Positions 58,429 through 64,000 of a stretch of 64,000 bases of DNA are shown piece by piece. Source of the DNA: Phoronis australis (Eukaryota; Animalia; Phoronida). The position numbers and the translations under genes were made by a program. The stretch lies in contig NMRA01000041.1 of NCBI GenBank assembly GCA_002633005.1, positions 292,954 to 356,953 on the forward strand. Reading direction: 5' to 3'. Position 1 is the stretch's first letter. Each line of letters begins with the position of its first letter. Below the pieces are notes generated by a model. The model was not told where the DNA came from. It saw only the letters and a list, made by a program, of their open reading frames with translations, and did not search any database.

Positions 58429-58888
58429 TGTGGTATATCAATGCGTGTTGTGGCCGATAAATGGCGCGCACGTGGTAATAAGTAAAACAACACACGAATA
58501 CTTTAACAATAGAATACATCTATTAATTTGCAGCGTTGTGATTTACAAATTAAAGATTACAATAAGTTGTGAGACTGACGACTAACTGATTGAGACAAGA
58601 TATCATTACTAGAAAAACTACTAATCAACAGCGCCACTGGTTCCGGTAGCTACCGCACACGTTGACACAAAACAAGTCACAACAGAACTAACCCACCAGA
58701 ACAATCACTAGCCGGTTCAAATTGACTAACAGTCTGAGACCAACGCCCGTGATAAATGTCTATACCTCAGATGTTCTTTTCCCCTTGACTCTTGGTCACT
58801 GCGGTTGTTCGTCCGGCTCCGGCTTCGTCTTAGAAGTTTGAAGGTTGTCTTCCTGCTCTGGAGTCGTNCATAGCCTCATTATATTACA
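58429..58888 (-). repeat. LTR 2, shared as 3' LTR of unit B and 5' LTR of unit A; most of U3 hidden in the n at 58868
   Basis: The PPT AAAAGGGGGGAG (58889-58900) precedes TGTAATAT; the LTR ends ATACCACA at 58429 and is followed by the gag leader. It carries an extra ~160-bp block relative to LTR 1. Confidence 0.85.
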
Positions 58889-59571
58889 CTCCCCCCTTTT
58901 GTTAAGCCAAAAATTTACCAAAAAAAATATTTGGGCAACTGTGCTATTTCCTGACAATACAAAATTTCTGCAGGTGATCATTATACGATTGTATAATATA
59001 TAAAGTGTAAACAGTAATAAAACAAAAGAAGTCGTCAGTCTCCAAATAATCATTAAACAAGTTAGCAAACCAAACCTCACAACAACTCTACACTACTGCA
59101 ATTAAACGAATAAAATGAAATCACACACATATAGGATGTTTCTGTCACCAAACCGAACTTCATACCAACCCCTTATTACATAAACAAATACACTTTATAT
59201 CTATTAAAATTATAATTACGTTATAGTTTCCTTCAAACCAAATCTACCAAAAAAAAAATCATATCGTAACTGATTAAATAACGTGGAGGTGCCACCCCAA
59301 ACTAAGCTAACTGAAGGGGGTGGACCCGTGGCGTGCGGTAGAAGTCTGCCGCCAACAGACTTTCAGGGACGTCGGCCACAGCTACGGGCATGCGTCTCGG
59401 AGGNATGTTTCTGTCACCAAACCGAACTTTATACCAACCCCTTATTACATAACCAAATACACTCTATATCTATTAAAATTATAATTATGTTATAGTTTCC
59501 TTCAGACCAAATCTACCAAAAAAAAAAATCATATCTTAACTGATTAAATTACGTAAAGGTGCCACCCCAAA

Positions 59572-59982
59572 CTAAACTAACTGAAGGGGGTGGACCTGTG
59601 GCGTGCGGTAGAAGTCTGCCGCTAACAGACTTTCAGGGACGTCGGCCACCGCTACAGGCATGCGTCTCGGAGGGCGTCCCCCCAACTCCACCTCCAGGCA
59701 AAATATACGGACTACGTCGGCTGTACGGCCCCGGTTGGCGTATTTAACTTGGGCGTACTCTACTCCCATCGCGCGTGAGCCGCCCCACGCCTGGGTGTCG
59801 CACTGGAGCCCTTTGTACGCACGGTTCCGTGAGTACCAGACCCCAGCGAAGTCGTTTAATGATAGGACCGTCATGTCCGCGGTCAGGTCCACGCGGAACA
59901 TGACCCATTCACCGTCCACCGACGCATCCAGTCGTACCGCCGGCAAAGTTTTGTATGCGACTTCCTGTTGCTGAGATGCCAT
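59572..59982 (-). CDS. Accessory ORFX variant B: retropepsin-fold-like protein with a degenerate catalytic triad (136 aa)
   Basis: Intact ATG-to-stop ORF. SVDGEWVMFRVDLTADMTVLS resembles VxIxGxxVxFxVDTGAxxTVIS; VKYAN resembles the flap; LEVELGG...VAVADVPESLLAADF resembles LLGxDF. A conserved homolog lies in unit A. The fold assignment is by motif pattern only. Confidence 0.7.
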   Translation of the reverse strand: MASQQQEVAYKTLPAVRLDASVDGEWVMFRVDLTADMTVLSLNDFAGVWYSRNRAYKGLQCDTQAWGGSRAMGVEYAQVKYANRGRTADVVRIFCLEVELGGRPPRRMPVAVADVPESLLAADFYRTPQVHPLQLV

Positions 59983-60138
59983 TGTTGATCGTGCTCCTGT
60001 AATAGTTCCATATTTTATATACCTATAGATATCGTATGATGACTCTGAATGTTAGTAAGTACTACCTTTATTGTCAACCACCCATGTATTGTAGTCTTTA
60101 GTGCAAGGGTTGGTAGTACTACTACTGATTGTCTGAAT

Positions 60139-62238
60139 TCACACGGAGGCCTCCTCATGGCTCCCTGCAGTGTCTGGATCCAAGACAGGATACATACGCC
60201 GAACAAACTGCTTCATTTTTATTGGTCGGCCATTCCACTGGGCCGAAATGGTCGTGTGGTCGTCAGCACTGGGTTTCTCCCCAGCCGGCGACGTCTGTTG
60301 GGCGTCATTCCGTGCACCCATATGTGCCAACTCAGGCGGTGCATTGGCAACCTGGCGCTTATCACTGGTTAACACAGGCTGATACTGTTTAAGCATGGCA
60401 CGTGCAATTTGTTTATGTCTCAAGAAAACAATCAACCCCAAAATCAAAAGCGATGCTGCTATTCCCAGAGCGACATATAACCAAAATTCGTTATCGGGGG
60501 CCCATGGTTTCGGGATTTCTAGTTCACGTAAATCAGTGACTAAGTTGTCCAGGGGAATTTCGGGTAAGTGAGCAAGGTGAGGCGGTATTTTCACCTCCAC
60601 GTGTTTAGGAACAGCTACTACATAGGGAGACCACATCGCAAAGGATTCCTTCCGAATTCTCAAAACTCGAGCGAAACTATCGGGGTGCTCATATCTAGAT
60701 TCTCTGTGAAAAGTTCCTAGAAGTGTCATAGTCGGGTGTGTGGCCTGGCACCCATAATCAACATGTATCAAATTTACCCCAGTGTCCGCTATAATCAACT
60801 TGGTGTTAGTGCGGCTGTGGTTGCACAGAAGGGAGAATCTCGTAATCTCGCTACTTACTACAGCGTACCAGCCAGATTTCAGATATATGGTCAGTGGTAA
60901 AGCTGTATTCGTTCTAATGAAAACGCGACAGAATCTTTTGATAGCATCATCAAACTTCATGAACAGAGCCACCTCACAATCCTTGCTCAAATTGACAGGC
61001 CGTAACGGTTGTCGGGTTTCACAAAAACTAAGCGACGAGCACGTCTTCATGCTGGCATAATCTAGCAAGGCATAGGACGTTCGTTCTGGGTTTATGGCTA
61101 ACGCTGCCGCTTCTAATGAGTATTTTGCCAAAATGTGCGAGCGGTTAGAATTAGGGAAAGGAGCAGGCAAATTGTGAATTTGAAATAATTCCATTCGTCC
61201 ATAAGTGTCAATTAATGATACCCGAAATGTGACCAAAATTTGCCCATTTTCCCACGCAGTATGACAAGGGAGAGACTTATAATATTGGAACAATTCCGTG
61301 TCAGGATCGAAAGGTAANTCCCACGCAGTATGACAAGGAAGAGACTTATAATATTGGAACAACTCCGTGTCAGGATCAAAAGGTAATTTTAAATGACGTG
61401 GAATATTCATTCGTATGTCCTCTAATATTCTGCGTAAAGCCTCCGGCTGAACCACTGCTGGAGTAATTTGACCCAGAGACACTATTCCTATCTGACTTTC
61501 AATGTGAGCCAAATAGCCTAAGGCTTTTTGCGCTGCCAATTCCAAATGGTTTAAAATAAGTTCTAAATGCATGTAGCTTTGAGTGAAAACCGACAAATCT
61601 TGTATTTCATGGTGTAGCATATCAGTCACGTTATTAAGACGTTGTTCTATCTCATAAGTCGAAAGAATCAAGTCATTCAAGGTTTCACGGTTTCTATTCA
61701 CTTCGGTTCTTGTGGCTTTCATTACAGTTACTCGTTTCATAGCATTGGAGACAATTCTCTTTTGATTCCTCACTATCATATCAATTGTTTCCCGAATAGC
61801 TTTAACATCATCATCAGTGGCTGTGCCAAATAGCCAATGACTAATTTTCCCTATAAATGGTAAGATGCTCCGTCTGCTTCTGCTACCGCGAGATTGGGCC
61901 AAAGTGTTATAGCCAGCCAACAATTGGTCTATGGCCTCTTTTGTGAATCTAATATCATCAATTTGGTTTCTCAATCTGGAGAAATACCCCATGAAATTGG
62001 CATCTTTGGGATCTGAATACTTTTGTTTTACTTGAGTGTGCGTATAGTAAGCACGTTCTATGTCCTGCGAAAACTGAGACATGAACTCCGAGAATTTGCT
62101 GAGGTCAATGAAACTCGTTACCCACCAATGTCCCCATGAGCTATAAAATAAATTGGTTTTTTCAAACACTACCCCGTTTTTGACAACGACGCATTGCACA
62201 ATACCAGCCAACAACAGTACACCTGTCAGTCGTTGCAT
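60139..62238 (-). CDS. env: Envelope / class I fusion glycoprotein (errantivirus Env / baculovirus F-like)
   Basis: Signal peptide MQRLTGVLLLAGIVQC, GVVFEK, furin site RSRR followed by the fusion-peptide-like SILPFIGKISHWLFGTATDDDV, heptad region, Cys-rich ectodomain and TM FWLYVALGIAASLLILGLIVFL. Splice acceptor TTGTTGTTTCAG 5 nt before the ATG. The 22-aa duplication at n61318 is probably an assembly overlap. Confidence 0.9.
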   Translation of the reverse strand: MQRLTGVLLLAGIVQCVVVKNGVVFEKTNLFYSSWGHWWVTSFIDLSKFSEFMSQFSQDIERAYYTHTQVKQKYSDPKDANFMGYFSRLRNQIDDIRFTKEAIDQLLAGYNTLAQSRGSRSRRSILPFIGKISHWLFGTATDDDVKAIRETIDMIVRNQKRIVSNAMKRVTVMKATRTEVNRNRETLNDLILSTYEIEQRLNNVTDMLHHEIQDLSVFTQSYMHLELILNHLELAAQKALGYLAHIESQIGIVSLGQITPAVVQPEALRRILEDIRMNIPRHLKLPFDPDTELFQYYKSLPCHTAWXLPFDPDTELFQYYKSLPCHTAWENGQILVTFRVSLIDTYGRMELFQIHNLPAPFPNSNRSHILAKYSLEAAALAINPERTSYALLDYASMKTCSSLSFCETRQPLRPVNLSKDCEVALFMKFDDAIKRFCRVFIRTNTALPLTIYLKSGWYAVVSSEITRFSLLCNHSRTNTKLIIADTGVNLIHVDYGCQATHPTMTLLGTFHRESRYEHPDSFARVLRIRKESFAMWSPYVVAVPKHVEVKIPPHLAHLPEIPLDNLVTDLRELEIPKPWAPDNEFWLYVALGIAASLLILGLIVFLRHKQIARAMLKQYQPVLTSDKRQVANAPPELAHMGARNDAQQTSPAGEKPSADDHTTISAQWNGRPIKMKQFVRRMYPVLDPDTAGSHEEASV

Positions 62239-62760
62239 TCTTTCTGAAACAACAATAAACCACTGAGTTCGGTTAACTCACTCCTTATACTATCTACAAG
62301 TTATACGCAATAGCCATGCCAAGAACTAACTCGGATACCCTTAGATCAGATACGTTACGTACAAGTACCCATGACTAAATCATTTCGGGTAACATTCCCG
62401 TTCTTAATATTCAATTATAAGTGTGCTATAAAATATATGGTGCTACTGAAACCTCAAGTTCCTACTTATCGACCATTCTTAAACGTTTCTAACATCATGC
62501 GGCATAAATCTAAATAAGCCGCGGAGGAGGTTTGGGTCGGTTTTCTACACTTCCGGTCTCTCCTTTTGCCCAGTCGCGCGATGGCGTTCACGTCCATGGC
62601 GTCGTCACGGTCATCTGGGTGTGGTCCCATCGCGATGTCTGCATCCGTCTCGTCGGATGGCATGTATTGTTGGTCGTCTGGTGCAGAGAGGTCCGTCATT
62701 GGANTTCAATTATAAGTGTGCTATAAAATATATGGTGCTACTGAAACCTTAAGTTCCTAC

Positions 62761-64000
62761 TTATCGACCATTCTTAAATGTTTCTAACATCATGCGGCAT
62801 AAATCTAAATAAGCCGCGGAGGAAGTTTGGGTCGTTTTTCTACACTTCCGGCCTCTTCTTTTGCCCAGTCGCGCGATGGCGTTCACGTCCATGGCGTCGT
62901 CACGGTCATCTGAGTGTGGTCCCATCGCGATGTCTGCATCCGTCTCGTCGGACGGCATGTACTGTTGGTCGTCTGGTGCAGAGAGGTCCGTCATTGGATT
63001 CGACTCGGCTTTGGCCTCGGGTCCGTCGCTTTCGGATGATGAGGTCCCTCTTCATTTGGCGGAAATGATCCTGTAGACCTTGCTGTGGAGCAATTTCTAC
63101 TTCGTCGTCAGGCACGTCACTTTCTTCGCTAGAACTGGGAGGGACGGCGTAGCGAGCTCTCCTCATTTGTGGATAATCGTCGTCATTCACCTTCCAATCG
63201 TCGATTTGTGCCCATCTCAAGTTGTCAATGTGCGACTTAGTAACCGTCCCATCTAACTGATTCCGGATGACATACGTTTTTCAGACAGTCGTTCTAGGAC
63301 GCGCCAGTAACCTGTCCACTTAGGGTCCAGTTTGCTGGTTTTAGAATTATTTTTAAGGTACACAGGATCGCCAACTTCTAATTCAACTAAAACTCTACCC
63401 TTATTCTCGGTTGCTAGTCTTTTGTTCTGATGGTGTTTTATCACCCGATAAACAGTCCTAAAAACTCTATGTTGGTTTTGTAGGATAACCTTATGTTCTT
63501 CCTCGCCCACGTATTTAGCACGTGGCCGCATTATGTTATGTATAGGAAGTTTAGGATCTCTACCGAACATAAGAAAATAACTGCTATACCCAGTATAATT
63601 GGTATGAAAATTTAAACATGACTCTGCTTGACTGAGGTAAACATCCCATTGTTCTGGATTTTCACGACATAATTTACTCAAAACGTCACCGAGTACTTTG
63701 TGTGATCGTTCGACTCGGCCATTTGCTTTTGGATTGTAGAAACTGGTGGTAACATGCCGAATATTAAATGATTCCAATAAATCTTTTACTGTTTTGTTCA
63801 CAAACTCAGAGCCGTTGTCCGAGACCAAAATGTTCATTATACCGAACCTGCAAAAGGTATCAGTAGTTAGGATTCGTGCAATTGTAGCGGCACTCTTATC
63901 CGGCATCGGATATAACAACGTATAATTTGAGAACCAATCAGTCAGAGTCAAAATATATCGATTACCACTGGGTGATGGTGTCATTGGACCGACACAATCT
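62761..64000 (-). pseudogene. pol 3' end: DDE integrase core, GPY/F-like motif and long acidic tail, with apparent frameshifts
   Basis: DCVGP...GNRYILTLTDWFS, LVSDNGSEF, YNPKANGRVERSHK, KLDPKWTGYWRV. The reading continues after shifts near 63280 and 63045 to ...MLETFKNGR* at 62761. 62466-62699 is a duplicate across n62704. Confidence 0.88.

Larger units (their letters stand above)
54872..58888 (-). mobile_element. Internally deleted env-bearing Ty3/Gypsy LTR element (unit A): LTR-gag-PR/deletion/env 3' end-ORFX-PPT-LTR
   Basis: Ordered components are listed as separate features. RT, RNase H and IN are absent between protease and env. Confidence 0.88.
58429..64000 (-). mobile_element. Env-bearing Ty3/Gypsy LTR element (unit B), 3' part: IN-env-ORFX-PPT-LTR
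   Basis: Integrase directly upstream of env (Gypsy order, IN last in pol), then env, an accessory ORF, PPT and LTR. The element continues beyond the window. Confidence 0.92.

Noticed and set aside
61252-61386. Internal 22-aa tandem duplication in Env
   Set aside because: The two copies meet at a single n (61318). The same pattern occurs at n59404 and n62704, indicating unmerged contig overlaps.
55912-63076. + strand ORFs overlapping ORFX, env and pol as antisense genes
   Set aside because: They are short, not conserved in frame between units A and B as far as I can see, and expected as shadows of GC-rich coding sequence.

Overview
This is eukaryotic, intron-containing, AT-rich draft-assembly DNA from an animal; a heterozygous invertebrate is my inference, and the species cannot be read from the sequence. 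From left to right it holds: (1) two tandem + strand SLC10 (bile acid:Na+ symporter family) genes whose canonical Na+-ligand motifs are altered; (2) a head-to-head pair made of the first coding exon of TRAPPC13 (- strand) and a complete 10-exon TRIM23/ARD1 gene (+ strand, about 570 aa), the same arrangement as in human; and (3) from 54.9 kb to the window end, a - strand tandem of Ty3/Gypsy-type LTR elements sharing a middle LTR. These elements carry gag, protease, integrase and a class I fusion env with a furin site. The most unusual feature is an extra ORF 3' of env with a retropepsin-like fold pattern but a broken D-[T/S]-G triad. It sits behind its own conserved splice acceptor and occurs as two highly diverged variants (about 57% identical, against about 89% for env). 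Non-autonomous DNA elements, foldback hairpins, minisatellites (two seeded exactly at TRIM23 splice donors) and duplications flanking assembly gaps fill the rest. All coordinates and identities were read by eye; no searches were run.
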